From Camelus dromedarius (taxonomy: Eukaryota), in assembly GCF_036321535.1 (NCBI RefSeq), contig NC_087451.1, positions 18,352,001 through 18,416,000 of the forward strand: DNA of 64,000 nt. The letters run 5' to 3'. Shown one piece after another: positions 21,333 through 34,640 of the stretch (its first letter is position 1; each line of letters opens with the position of its first letter). Both the position numbers and the translations under genes were made by a program. The notes below the pieces were generated by a model. The model was not told where the DNA came from and searched no databases. It worked only from the letters and a program-made list of their open reading frames with translations.

Positions 21333-23009
21333 TCAGAGGCTGTGGCCAGAGTACCTAACGCCCACCGTACCCAGCAGGTCCTGACCGCGACCCAAACTCA
21401 GGGCCGAGGGCCGCCGTCCCACCAGCAGAGGCCCCACCCGACCATTAGGTCGCACCCACAAGAAAAGGCTAGAGCGGAAAGTGGGAAGTGAGCCTCGGAA
21501 GAAAAGCAGCCAGGCGTGGGGCACCATCACTTGCCTTCCCCTCTGCAGCTCCAGGTGCGTGGTCTGCGTGGCTGTGGCCAGGGCCTGCGGTGCCCCGCAC
21601 CAGACCCAGGTCAGCAGCACGATGAGGACCCCAGAGGCAAACAGGAGCCAGAGGAGACCCAAGATGTAAAAGCCCAAGGGGAAGAGGCAGCAAAAGTCAG
21701 AAATGAGAAAAGGGTCATTTTGGGAGCCATCCAGAGTCCCTTGAACCACCCTGAGGATCTTCAGGGAGTTGGCATACTCAGAGATGAGTGTTGTGGTGGG
21801 TTCTAAGGTGGCAGAGACTGAAATGAATTCCACAGAGGTTGAGAATGTGGTTGGTTCTGAGGTGGTTTGAGTTGTGGGTTTTGGGGTGGTGGGGGGCTGT
21901 GGGGGGGTGGGGGTGGTGGAGGGCTCAGTAGTGGGTTTCAGGGTTGTAGAGAAGATGGGTCCTGTGATAGGTGGGAGTGTGGTCTTTATCTTACTTGGAA
22001 GCCAGGAGGGTGCTTGGCCTCTCAGAGAGGTGGTAAGTACTGAGTGAAATGGGTCCCAGTGGGTTGGCTGGGCTTCGCTGGTGGTAAAGGACTGGACCGC
22101 AGCTCTTGTGGAAGTCACACTGTCGTTCTCATAGTCCTCGTTGTAGTCCAGCTGGTCCCCACTGGCGGTGCAGCCCTTCCCCATGTACGCGGAGACAGCC
22201 ATGTTGTGCGGATGGTCACATTGCACACTCTCCACATTGGGGGTCATGGCCTGGGCGTCCACACCCTCCTTCCATAAGTAGACGCTCTGACTGTTCATCC
22301 TCAGCCAGTGGCTAAAATGGAGGATCCCGCAGTCGCAGAACCAGGGGTTGTCGTGGAAAAAAGTAAAAGACAGCATGGGGGCCCTAAGGAAGCCCTTGGG
22401 GATGGTGTGCAGCAAGTTCCCCTGGAGGTAGAGGGTGTGGAGCTCGTCCAGCCCATGGAGGAACCCAGGGGGCAGCTCACTCAGCCTGTTGTCCGCCAGG
22501 TTGAGCTTCTGCAGCTGGCTGGTGGTCGCCAGGAGCTCGGGGGGCAGAGTTGTCAGATTGTTGCCACGCAGGGAGAGCTCGTGGAGGTGGGTCAGGCCCT
22601 CCAGGGCCCCGGGAGACAAGGAGATCAGCTCGTTGAAGGACACGTCCAGGGTAGCAAGTGCCGGCAGCGCCTGTCCCAGCGAGGGCAGGCTTCTCAGCTT
22701 ATTGTGGGAGATGGTCAGGGTCTCCAGCTGTGGCAGCTTCCCGTCGACCTCCAGGCTGGTCACCTGGCTCCTACTCAGGTGCAGCTGAGTGAGGGAAGTC
22801 AGCGACACCAGGGAGGCAGTGGAGAAAGTGCCCAGAGAGTTCTCTCCCAGGTGCAGGATGGCAGTTTCTGCCGGCAGATCCGGAGGCGGCGCCTTCAGGC
22901 CTAGGTTATCACAGTTCAATTCCATCCGCTTGGCCACTATGGAGACCTCACAGATGTTACTGGGGTGTGAAGGGCTTGGCAACAGAAGCAGCAGAAAGAG
23001 GAGAGGCAT
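21333..23009 (-). CDS. GP1BA: Platelet glycoprotein Ib alpha, single coding exon, 558 aa
   Basis: Signal peptide, LRRs, NPWFCDC cap, Thr/Pro mucin stalk, CC before the TM helix, filamin-binding [11 protein letters not shown] and C-terminal RYSGHSL. Acceptor cag|GTCCCCATG at 23016. AATAAA at 21042-21047 (-). Confidence 0.97.
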   Translation of the reverse strand: MPLLFLLLLLPSPSHPSNICEVSIVAKRMELNCDNLGLKAPPPDLPAETAILHLGENSLGTFSTASLVSLTSLTQLHLSRSQVTSLEVDGKLPQLETLTISHNKLRSLPSLGQALPALATLDVSFNELISLSPGALEGLTHLHELSLRGNNLTTLPPELLATTSQLQKLNLADNRLSELPPGFLHGLDELHTLYLQGNLLHTIPKGFLRAPMLSFTFFHDNPWFCDCGILHFSHWLRMNSQSVYLWKEGVDAQAMTPNVESVQCDHPHNMAVSAYMGKGCTASGDQLDYNEDYENDSVTSTRAAVQSFTTSEAQPTHWDPFHSVLTTSLRGQAPSWLPSKIKTTLPPITGPIFSTTLKPTTEPSTTPTPPQPPTTPKPTTQTTSEPTTFSTSVEFISVSATLEPTTTLISEYANSLKILRVVQGTLDGSQNDPFLISDFCCLFPLGFYILGLLWLLFASGVLIVLLTWVWCGAPQALATATQTTHLELQRGRQVMVPHAWLLFFRGSLPTFRSSLFLWVRPNGRVGPLLVGRRPSALSLGRGQDLLGTVGVRYSGHSL

Positions 23010-23233
23010 GGGGACCTGTGGGCAAAGGGAGGGCTTGAGCCGGCGCCCCTCTGGCCCCTGACAGTATTCCTCCAGGCCTGAGCCCCCACTGCAGCCTCCA
23101 GGATCCTGTCCAGAACCTCAGCTCCCGCACCTCCCACCCTCTCCACTCCCCTCTCCCACCTTGCCCCTCAAACCCTAAACTGCTAGCTCCAGGTCCTTGG
23201 CCCCCTCCTCCCGCCGCCCCGGCCCCAGCTTAC

Positions 23234-23430
23234 AGGCTGCCAGAAAGACCTCCCAAGACACAGAGCTTCTTCCAGAGTGTGACCTGGTCCTTCTCTCTCC
23301 CAGCTCCAGGGAGCGCCTGGTCGGGGGCAGGAAGGGGGTGGGGATGGGGAGGAAATGCCAGCCTGATAGGGACTCCTGGGGCCCAGGGAATGGTCTCCCT
23401 CCCGGACACAGGTCCTTATCACCTCCTTCC
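23234..23430 (-). promoter_or_regulatory. GP1BA: GP1BA non-coding exon 1 and megakaryocyte promoter
   Basis: Donor CCT|gtaagc at 23233. GATA motifs (TGATAA at 23416-23421 on -, TGATAG at about 23364 on +) next to ETS GGAA cores. Confidence 0.75.
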
Positions 23431-23839
23431 ACGACTTTCCCCCAAGCCCTCCTTTTGGCTCCTCTCTCTCCCACTTTCCTTCTACCCCAGGGAGTTTGGG
23501 ACTCCTCCCATTACTCTCCCAGTTTTTCAAAACCTCTCCAGCTGCCACTCTCATTTCCTCTCCACAGCTACATTCTTCGAGTTGCCTCCTTTTAACCCTC
23601 ACCTCCCTCTGCTTCCTCACCCCACTCTAGGCTGTTTCTCCCCCACCCCCACTCCATGGACTCAGTTCTTTGCCATGGTCGCCAGTGCCCCCTGACCCTC
23701 TCCTCCCACTGGCCACCCTTCCGCATGATCTGACTTCCACAGCCTGCACAGCCATGCCCGCTCCCACCTTGAGACTCATGACAGTCATTTTTTTCCTTGG
23801 TTTCCCTCTTGCCTCTCTGGCTGGCCCTCCTCAGTCTCC

Positions 23840-24800
23840 TTTGTGGATTCCTCTTCCTCTGCCCTTCATGAAAAATGAACCTGCCCCCAGAGCTCCGTCT
23901 CTAACCCTCTTCTTTTCTTAGGATCGACGAATACCTGAGATTATCCTCATCCGGTCCCTTGCCTTCCGCCACTGCCTACCCCCAGTGGCTCTCAAATTTT
24001 TGTCTCCAGCTCAGACCCCTCTCCTGAGACCCAAGCACAGATGTCCCACTGCTTTTGGATTTCTTGGCTGTCCCACAGGCACTCACACCATATGTCCAAA
24101 ACTGAGCTCATCATCTCTCCAAAAATTTCTCCTCTTGTGTCGTCCAGCCTAGTGAATGGTACCATCATCCACTCACTTATCCAGCCCTTCACTCGGTACA
24201 AACCAAATCCCTGACAGTCATCCTTAACTCCTCCCCTCCTCCACTCCCACCTCCAAGTCCCGCTGACTTTACCTCCTAATGTTTCTCAAAGCCACTTCTC
24301 TCCATCCACGTGGCCACCATTCCTCGGCCAGCACGCCCGCTCCCCTCCACTGCTTCCCTGCAGCAGCCTCCCGGCTGCTTGCCCCACTTTCTCACTTCCC
24401 TCCCTCTCCCACCCTAGAGGGGTCTTTCAGAAATGCAAATTTGCTCATATCCTTCCCCTGCCTGAAACTCACCAGTAGCTCTTACCTCAGAACTCGCAGG
24501 AGGAAGTCCAGGACCCCTAACATGGCTTACAGGGTCCTTTGTGATCTGACCCTGGCCCACCTGTCCAGCCCCATCTCTTAACCCTCCAACTTTCACTCCA
24601 GATTATTCTTTCTTGTGCCGGGACTCTTCTTCTCACCCCTTATCCCCTTCTGCCTAACTCTTATCTGGAAAGTTCTTCTTTCCAGAAAGTTCTTCCTCCG
24701 GAAAGCTTTTTAGGACTTCCTAAGACCAGGTTAGGTGCCTCTTCCAGAAAATCAACCACCGTGTCTGTTGGTCCACAGCCCCTTCCAATGATGAAAACGT
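23840..24800 (+). mobile_element. L2 LINE fragments
   Basis: 'tttgtctccagctcagacccctctcctgag...atgtccaaaactgagctcatcatct' typical of L2. Confidence 0.7.
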
Positions 24801-25079
24801 CCTGTCAACTGTCCCCCAAAAGAGGCACCATGCAGCCACGTGAGCCTGCCTCTGTCTGCTCACTGGCGAATGGACAAAGGGTGGGCACTTAAGCTAGATA
24901 CAGTTAATCCATAGACTGGCCATATATAATTTGCAGACTGCAAAAAGTATTTGAAAACACGGAGAAAATGAGGCCCTCAGCAGCAAGAAGTGAGGCAAAG
25001 AGTTGCATAGAGAGAGGCCATGATGAGGAATAAGGCCCCTAAAGCTGATGGGTTTTTGTTTGTTTGTTTTTTCCTCTTT

Positions 25080-28000
25080 GGCATCAGTTAGGGATTTTAA
25101 CTGTAAGCAACAGAAAATGTTCTCCCTAATTTAGACTGAAGAGGAATTTATTAAATATACACTGGCTACTTCACAGTGAGGTTTAGAGAACCAGACATGG
25201 GAGACTGTGTAGCTAGGAGCAGTGCCCAGAACCAGGCTGCAGAACCAGTCTGGTGAGCAAAACTCTGCTCCTGCTGCAAGACCAGGTCACTGAAGCTTGC
25301 ACCGCTCTCACTGCTGAGCCAGGAACTCAGTGGCACCACAACCTCCCGGCTGCAGAGAGAGAATCCTGCATTGTCCCCACCCCTTTGTGATACAAGCTCC
25401 TGATTTAAAGTCTGGGTGTGAATGTGACTGGCTTTGTGCCCGTGACCCAGCTGCAAGGGAGTCTAGGAAATCAAGTATCTGGCATTTGCAGCTTCTGTAG
25501 TAGGAGGAAGGTTCCGCTTCTCCAAAGATTTCCAAGTGAAGAATTTTGCAGACACAGTAAAGAGATTCATATGCTTTGGCACCTACTGAAACGGTCCTAA
25601 AAACATGAAGGTTTTACTTTCTTCACAAGTCAGTGTCCTGAATTGTTTCTAATTTGTTTCGAATCTTTGAATGCTTGGAATTAACCCTACTTGGCCACTA
25701 TGCATTATTCTTTTAATACAATTCTAGGTTGGTTTGTTCACATTTTATTTAGAACTTTTACATCTAAGTTAGAAAATAGGAGTAGCCCATAGACTTCTTT
25801 TGAAGATCTTTGTCTTTTTCTGTTTGTTTGTTTTGTTTTATTGTCAGAATTATGCTGGCCTTGTAAAATAAGTTGGACATTTTTATGTTCTCTGGAAAAG
25901 GTAGATATTGTAGGGTTTTTCCGTGCAGTTTTGGTGGAACTCACCTATAAAACCATCTGGACCTGATGCCGTTTGGGGGATAGCTCCTCGAATACCTTTC
26001 CAATAACTATTTGTCTGTTCAAGTTTCTACATCTTGAGTCAATTTTGGTAACTGATGTTTTTCTGATAAAATATCTATTTCATGTGACTCTTGAAATTTA
26101 TTAGTGCAAGTTTGAATATTTTATACTTTTATCATTTGTTAAAATTTCCATATCTGTAGTTATGGCCCCTAATGTTGTTTATATACATTTTCTCTCTTCT
26201 CTCCCTGTCCCCCTTTCTTTCTTCACCAGACTTGCCAAAGGTTGGTCTATTTTATTGGACTAGTCAAAGAACCAGATTTATTATTTTTACTAGTCAATTG
26301 CTTTTTTTTTTTTTACCTATTTGATGAGGAGCATCTATTTTTATCTTTAATACTTCCTCATACTTTGAGCTTATTTTCATGTTCTCTCGCTACCTTCTTG
26401 AGTTGAAATCTTTTCATTTATTTTCAGTCTTCTTGCTTTTCAGGCAAATTCATTTAATTTATACTTTTCATTTAAGGACTGCTTTGTGCCATCTATGTTT
26501 TATCTTGTAATACTTAAGATGAATATTTGTCTTTTTTAAATCCATCATCTATTCCTGTAAATAAGAGGACCCTCATTTCCTTTTGGGAGATTACAGCTCC
26601 CCAGATGAGTGCAAACTTTTTGGGAGTAGGTACCCTGCCCTCTTGCTTTGGGACCCCAATTGTCTTTGGAAGTTTATTCCACTACATCCTTCCTATCAGC
26701 ACTTGAGTTCAGCTCATGGATGTGACCTAATCTTGGACAACCATACTCCCTCTCCCAGGATTTCAAATGGTGAATGAGGTGACGAAAGAAGAGAAAATGG
26801 AACTGGACTTCATTCATTTCAACAAAGTGCTCAGGAAAAGCTGTAGAACAGTTCCTGATACTGAGCAGAGCCACCTGATTCCTTAGCAGTCCTGCATTTC
26901 CAGCATTCACTTGTATCCACTGAGCTTCTGCATCTTTCCAAGAAGTCTGTGTTGGATTGAGTTACACAGTTGATTTCTGTTGCATGCATCTGAAGAAATC
27001 CAATTCAGTGTTATAGCTGTGGTTCATTCTTAAAGTGTTTGCAGAAGACATTCGCTGGAGGTCTATTCAAGACCCATTCAACTTTTCCTCCTTGTTTTCC
27101 TTTTGAGAAAATACCCCATCCTTACAATTTCTGGTGGGAATGATTCTATCCCAGCTGCATGAGTGGACCTAAGCCAATCACTAGACTTCCCCCTCTTTGA
27201 CACAGTTTAGGGTCCAAACAAGTACCCTGGTACAAATGTGGTCAGGGTATCCATGGTCAGAGTGATTGGTCCAAGGACAAAAACAGGAGGTAAGTTGGTC
27301 CTTTTATAATGAAGCCCAAGACTTCTGTTGGATTTTAAGGTGTACATACTTTCTCTGGATGTGGACAAGGACAAATGTAATTCCAGGTGAGCTGTTGGCA
27401 TCCATCTTGTGATCACAAGGGGATCTGGACATAGGATGAAGCTAATGTCAGAGGTGGTATAATGGGGAAAAAAATGGAAAAAAATCAGGTTCTTGGCATC
27501 ATTGAGATGCATCAAACCAATTCTGAAGTTCGGTGAGTTCAAAAATCATATGTTTAAAAAAAATAATTAGTATTGGAATGTTACTTGCAATATAACCAGC
27601 TTAAAGCTTGTATTTTCTATTTTTTCTTTCTTTAAAGTGCAATTATTTACGAAGATTTTTTTTTTAATCTCAGGTGGATTTTTAAAAAATTAAACATAAT
27701 TTTGAGATAGTAGTAGATTCATATACAGTTGTAAGAAATAAGACAGGGATCCCATGTGCCCTTCACCCAGTTTTCCCCAGTGGCAATGTCTTGCAAAACT
27801 GTAGTACATACAATATCACAACCATGATACTGACATTGTTCTGTCAGGATCCAGAACATTTCCATCCCCTTGAGGATCCCCCATGTTGCCCTTTTATAAC
27901 CTCACCCTCCTCCTTCCTATCCTCACCCCTCCTTACCCATGACAGCCACTAACCTGTTCAGTATTTCTATAATCTTGTCATTTCAAGAATGTTATATAAA

Positions 28001-31000
28001 TGGGATCAAACAGTATGCAACCTTTTGGAACTGGCTTTTTTTTCCTCAGTGTAATTCTCTGGAGATTCATACAGGTTGTCATGTGCATCCAGAGTTCACT
28101 TCTTTTAATTGATGAGTAGGATTCCCTAATATGTATGTTTCACAGTTTATCAGTTTACCAACAGAGGGACATATGGGCTGATTTCAGCTGTTGCCTTATT
28201 AAAAATAGATCCCTATAAACATTAGTGTTTATAATCTTTACAATTTTTGTGTGAACACAAGTCTTCATTTTCCTGGGGGAAAAAATTGCCCAGAATGCAA
28301 TTTCTGGGTCATAGGGTAGTTGCATATTTATTTTGGGGGGTTATCTTTGGGTTATTCTTTGAGTCTCTCCTGTTTGGAGTTTGCTCAGCTGCTTCTTCCA
28401 TGTGTAAGTTTATGTCTCTTGCCAAATTTGGGTAGTTTTTAGCCATTATTTCTTAGAGGCCTGTTTCAGTCTCACCCTCTTTCTGATGACACAATGGTAG
28501 ATCTTTTGTTATTGTCCCACAGATCCCACAGGAGACCATTTTTTTTTAAGACTTTTTCTCTCTGTTGTTCAGAATGGGTGATTTCTATTGTTGAATCTTC
28601 CAGTTCACCGATTCTTTTCTCTGTCGCCTCCATTCTGTTGTTGAGCTCATTCCGGGAGCTTTCATTTCAGTTACTACATTTTTCAGCTTTAAACTTTCCA
28701 TTTGGTCCTTCTTAGATCTTCTGTTTCTTTGCTGACGCTATTTCTTTGCTTGTTTCGAGCACCTCCGTAATTTCTTGTTAAAGCGTTTTTTACAATCATG
28801 GCTGCTTTAAGATATTTTTCAGATAATCTTAACATCAGTGTCCTTTGGGTGTTGGCAGCTGCAGATGATCTTTTTTTCATTCAGTTAGAGATCGTCCCCG
28901 TTCTTGATACGATGACTGATTTTAATGAAACATGGACATTTAAAAATTATTTTTTGAGACTCTAAATCTTATTTAAACCTTCTGTTTTAGCTGGCGTTTT
29001 CTGCCACTGCTCTGGCAGGGAAAGGGGGACGCATTCCCTCATTACTCTCAGGTGGAGGTACAGGTCCAAGTTCCCCATTCAGCCTCTGTTGCCGTGTACT
29101 GGGTGAGGGTGGGAGTTCCAGTTCCCCACCCTGGTCTCCACTGCCCCTGCAGTGAGGCTGGCCTCACTCCTGCTGAAATAGTGAAAGCTCTGACTCTGCA
29201 GGAGGCCTCCTCTGACACCACCACGGGGGTGGGGTGGGGGGGAGAGGAGGGGAGGGGGAGGGGTGCCTCATTACTGCCAACCTGGATGAAAATCTAGGCT
29301 CCCACGTGGTCTCCACTGACCCTGAGTGTGGGAGGCCTCATTACCAGCTGGCCAGGGTGAAGGTCCCCACTCCCTCCTTGGCCTTTGTGGAAACCAGCCT
29401 GGCAAGGATGTCCGGGTGCCTCATTACACGCCTGGGGAGGGTGGAAATCTGTGCTCACCACTTGGCCTTTGCTGGTGTGGGTGTGGGTGGGGCCGCAGTT
29501 TTTCTGTAATATTTGGCTGGAATCAAGTGGTTATTTTCTAAGTTTTCTGTCTTATTAGGCTGCTCCTTTGTTGGTCCTTGGGCTCAAGAGAGCAGATTTT
29601 TGTTGGGGCAGTGCCTGGGGTGTTTCCAGATTACTGACTTCTTTACCTCCAAGACTGGGACATTCAGAGCAAAAAGAAAACCCTGGGAACTCAGCATTGA
29701 CGTGCTGTTTATTGGGTCCCAAGATCCCCAGCCTTTCTGCCTTCTCTCCATCTTCATCTTCTTTTACTTGCTTTATGTAAAATATCCAGGGCTTTAGCTG
29801 TACTTAGCAGGTAGAATAGGAAAACTTACATCTACTTCATCTTCCCAATAACAGAAATCTCTCAGGTGGGTTTGGTTAGCTTTTTATTGCAAACTTCTAA
29901 ATTTGTTGCACTTGACAATAAACATCCCACGTATGGTGTGATGGTTAATTTTATGTATCAAGTTGGCGTGGACTCACCATTTGTCAACCTTTTGTCTCAT
30001 TTACTTTCTCTCTCTCTCTCAAGCGTTTTTCCCTGAACCATTGGAATGTAAGTTGGAGACATCATGTTTACCGCTACTATTTCCATGCGTTTCCTAAAAC
30101 AAGGACATTTTCTTGCATAATGGCAGTGTAGTTATTAGTTTCAGGAATTTAACGCCGATACAATACTGTTACCCAACCCACAGTTCATATTCCCACTTGG
30201 CCAATTGTCTGAAAAAAATGTCCTTTATAGCTTTTTTCCCCAGTCCAGGATCTAATCCAGGACCATATCTCTGTAGTTTCCTGTAGTTCATTAACCTGTC
30301 TTTATTTTCCATGACTTTGACATTTTTGAAAACTGTAGTCTAGTAATTACATAGACTATCCCTGCATTATGTAGAATTTTTCTCAGTTTATCTGATGCTT
30401 CTCATGCTTGGATTCTGGTTGTTTTTCTGCCAGCAATACTACATGAATAATGTGTCTTTCTCAGTACATCATATCAGGAGACATGTTCTATCAATTTGAC
30501 ACATTACTGGTGATGCTAAAATTTTGAGAGCTTGGTTAACGGGAATGCACCCAGTTTCTCCATGACCAAGATTCTATTTTTCCTTTTGTGACTAAGAGGC
30601 ACGTTTGTGGAGGAGATGCTTTGATAGCATGTAAATATCCTGTTCCCAATCAAACCAGAGCCACAAGTACCAGCATCCATTGATGATCCTTGCACGAATC
30701 AGTTATTGACATGAAGGCTGAGAAACTATTTCTTTAGGTGATTTAAGCTTATTCCTTTTTCCTTGTAACCAAAAGAACCCGACTAAAACAAAAGTTAGAA
30801 ACAGAAGTGGGGTTTCATGAAACTGATCCTATGTGTCAGGAGGGGGAATGGGATGTTTCTATCCAGTGTTCGCATGGCAAAGCCACTAATTGGGTGGCTC
30901 CTGGGGTCCCTCGGACTCTAAGAATGGGGGCTCCATCAGTGGGGCTGCGATGATTTGGTGCCTCTAGCTCTGCATCATTTCTAGATGGGAAATTGTTCTT

Positions 31001-34000
31001 TGATCTCTCCAGACTAGGTTAGTTACTGTATTATAAGTTCCTTACAACCTTCCCAAAGCTATTATGATACTTTATTTTAATGTCTATCTACCCTTCTTGA
31101 AGGCAAGCTTTGAGACAGCAGGCACTCAGAAACATAGCCCAACCTCTAAGGGGTAGAAACTGGCGCACCGATTGAGGAAGGAATGACCACATCAGATAAG
31201 ACACTTCCTTGGCTTGTCTCTCTCTGTCTCATGCCTCACTTTTATATGCTTTCTCTAGTATCTTTTTTTATTATAGTCTTCACAATGATCCTGCCAAAAT
31301 ACCTGTACGTTTGCTGAGAAGATGTCATTTTTGGAGAATGTTCTTGCCCTGCTCTGTTGCTCAGCAGTGCCAGTCCAGCTACATTTCTTCAGTATTCACA
31401 CTCACTGTCGCCTATTTTGTTCACTATTACAGCTCCAGTGCCTGGCATAGTGTTTAATAAATATTGAGTAAGTGAATGAATGGAAGCAGAGTAGGCAGGT
31501 AGAAATGGGTAGGATCTATGATGCTCTTTGTTGAGCGGAAGTTCTTTAATTTTAATGTATCCAAATCCATCAATGTTTCCTTTTATGGTTTATGGTTTTG
31601 GTATCTTGTTTAAGAAAATTCCACCCCAAGGTCACAAAAATACTCTCCTACGTTTTCTCCTGTTAGCTTTTACAGTTTTAACATGTTTTAAATTCTTCAA
31701 TCCATCTGGAGTTTACTTATGTATGTGGTGTGAGGGAGGCATACAGCTGTATGTCTTTTTTCTCCATAGCATGAGCTGGCTACGTACCGTATCTGCTGAT
31801 CTAACCTGGCCTCATTGATGTCCTCTTGCCTTTATCCTGTCACAAGCTGCAGATGCACATGGGCTGTTTCTACGCTCTCTATTCAGTTTCCTGCTTTTAT
31901 TTGTCAGTTACTAAATTGTATCAGTTGTGTTTTGTGCACACCCATGTGTTTGTTGTTTGTTTGCTATAGCTTTTGTGCTGTGTTTTAACATCTGGCAGGG
32001 TGATTCCCGCCTCTTTTCTCTTCTTTCTCAAAACTGATGTGGCTATTCATGTATCTCTCTCCTGTCATATAAATTCTGGAATAAGTTTGTCAAATTCCCC
32101 AAAACTTAACTTACATATTATTTTAGAGAAAACTGACATCTTTATAATATTGAGTTAACCCACCCAAACAAATAGTTCATCTTTCCACTTACACTGAACT
32201 TTTATGTCCTTTAACAGTTTCAAGTTTTTTTCCATGAAGCTTTTATATAAATGTAAAGAACATTCTTAGTTAACTTAAGTTCTGAATACCTTATAGATCT
32301 TATTAGTATTGTGAGTAATATTTTGTCTTCTAGAGTTCCTAGCTGATTAAAGTTGTAAAGGAGAGCTATTAGTATTAATTTTTTCTTGTATCCAGCAAAG
32401 TCCCTGACTCTCCTATTGGTTCTAATAGTTTGCTTATTATTTCTGATAGCTTTTTCTACATTGGTAATCATATTATAGGTAACAACAGGTTTATATTTTC
32501 CTTTTCTGTGTTCATACTGCTTATTTCATTTTCTTATCTTAGTACGTTGGTCATGACGCCCAGTATTGCAGTAGTGGCAATCCCGTCTTATACCCATGTT
32601 TACAGGGAGGGCATCATTAAATATGTTAATGGAAGGGTTTTAACTTATGTTTTTCAAGTGAAATAAGTTGTTTCTATTCCTAGTTTTCTGAAGTTTTAAA
32701 AGCTAAAATTAGGCATTGCACTCCAAGTTTTTTCTATTTCTGATCATACAATCATGTGATCTTTCTCCTTTAGTCCATTAATGCAATTAATAACAGTAGT
32801 AGATTTTCTGATGATAAACCATTTGAATTGGTGGAAATGGCCTCAGCTGCATGTAACAGAATAACAGCAATAGTATCTTAAAACCTAAAGGCAGTCCTTT
32901 TTTTTTTTTTTGATTTTTCAGTTTTATCAGGTAGAATTGTTACAGTCTGACTGCACATATACAATATATTGCATGTAAATGCATGTACACAATATACTGC
33001 ACATTTAAAAATTTTTACATATATGTATTGTTCATTGTTTCTAAGAACATTTAGAGCTTTAGCCTTTTAAACTTACATAGTTATCAAAGGAATAAAGCCA
33101 ACCACAAAATAAGAATTAATTCAAAAAGATAGATGCACCCCGCTATTAACAACTACATTATTTCTACTTGCCAAGATATGGAAGCATCCTAAATTCACAT
33201 CAATAGATGAATGGATAAAGAAGATGCAGCATATATAAGTAAGGGCAGTCCCTTCTTAACAAGCAGTCTGGAGATGGGCCACATCAGGTGGTCCAGACGC
33301 TTGATGGTGTCATCCAGTAGAAGGAGCCTGTCTTTCTAGTCTGCCATCCTTGGCCCACTGGCTTTTTGTCCTCATGCTGGTCACCTCATGGTTGCAACTT
33401 GGCTGCCGCATTCAAAGGAAAAAATCTGTTGACGAAAGGAAGGGAGCAGGAACAGAAACACAAAACTGCTTTACCTTAAGTGACTCTCCTTTCACCAGCA
33501 AAGGATAAACTTTCCCAGACGCTTCCTCCCCCACCAGACTTGTCCTAGTGTCATTAGTCAGAAATGGATCAGGGTGCTTCTAGCTGCAAGGGAGGTTCAC
33601 ATTCTGAGTGTCTGGCAGAGGAGCAGGGCATGACTGTGACTAATTGTGACTCACTCTTTAGGGCTGGGGACACGCTGCTCCCGACAAGATGGGGTTCCGT
33701 CAGGAAGGAGGACTGTGGGGTAGCCCATCAACCTTGCATTTCTAGGACAAACTTGACTTAATCCAATTGGACAATTTCTTTTTCAATAAACTTTTGGGTT
33801 TGGTTGACTAATATTTTTTTAGGATTGTCACAGTTTTGTTCCTAAGTGAATGAGGCCTGTATTTTGATTTTCTTGTCTGTCCTTAGCTGGAGTAAAAACT
33901 TCATAATACTAGTTGGCTTGTTTTATTTTTCTGTGTTCTGGAACAAATTATATAAAATAAAGACCTACTCCCTGAAATTTTGGTGGAACTCATCCATGAA

Positions 34001-34620
34001 GGTACCTGGTCGTGGGTTTGCTGAGAGGAGAGAACCTTCATTACCATTTCACTATCAGCTATTCTTTATCACTTCTTCTTTCTGCTTCAGTTTACTGATA
34101 TTTCCCCCTTTTTATGGTAAATACAGTCAGCTCTCGGTATCCACGGGTTCTGCATCCTCGTCTATGGAATGCCAACTGTATTTTAAATGGCCTTTAAGAA
34201 TTATAATACTGAGGTATATGCTCTATAAGTAGTCCCCTATTGTGCATTTAAACAATATGTCTTATTTTAATTTTTTAAATGAATAATTTTTTGAATTGAG
34301 TAATAATTTATATACAGAGAAATACACAGATCTTAGATGTACAGTTTTGTGAGTTTTGACAAATGTGTCCATGGGTGTAATCACCACCCCATCAAGACAG
34401 ACAACATTGTCATCAACTCCTCTGTGCCCCTTCCCGTCAGTTCTCCCAACCAAGCAACTGCTGTTCTGGTTCCTGTGCAAATCTTTTGCAGGCATAAGCT
34501 TCTTTTCTCTTGGATAAATTCCTGGGAATGGAATTCCTGGGTTGGGGGGAAATGCCTGCTTTTAACTTTATAAGAAACTCCCAATTTTCCAAAGTGGTTG
34601 TCTGTTTTACACGCCTGCTT
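25080..34620. mobile_element. Mosaic of old L1M fragments, MLT/ERVL-type LTRs and L2
   Basis: AT-rich L1-like tracts (25600-26520, 27600-28700, 29990-30700, 31520-32820, 33740-34620), MLT1-like pieces (25080-25470, 33240-33700), LTR16/33-like piece (27100-27520), L2 3' end (31200-31480). Boundaries are approximate. Confidence 0.6.
29020..29490. repeat. Degenerate ~70-bp tandem units sharing CCTCATTAC, probably part of an old L1
   Basis: Four units start near 29035, 29265, 29335 and 29417, each CCTCATTAC...GTG(G)AA...CCCAC...GGCCTT/GGTCTC. Confidence 0.55.
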
Positions 34621-34640
34621 TGAGAAAGTTGAGTTCCACT

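Noticed and set aside
22308-22904. 198-aa ORF antisense to GP1BA
   Set aside because: It is a shadow of the leucine-rich coding frame, with no independent gene signals.
23040-23058. CTCF-like GGCCAGAGGGGGCGCC in the GP1BA intron
   Set aside because: The 5' half does not align to the CTCF core without a gap, so it cannot be supported without a PWM scan.
28422-28431. CArG-like CCAAATTTGG
   Set aside because: It lies inside an old AT-rich L1 fragment, where such matches are expected by chance.
29020-29490. Regularly spaced CCTCATTAC motif resembling a repeat-spacer array
   Set aside because: The units are degenerate over their whole length, have no unique spacers and lie in old L1-like sequence of a mammalian genome; not CRISPR.
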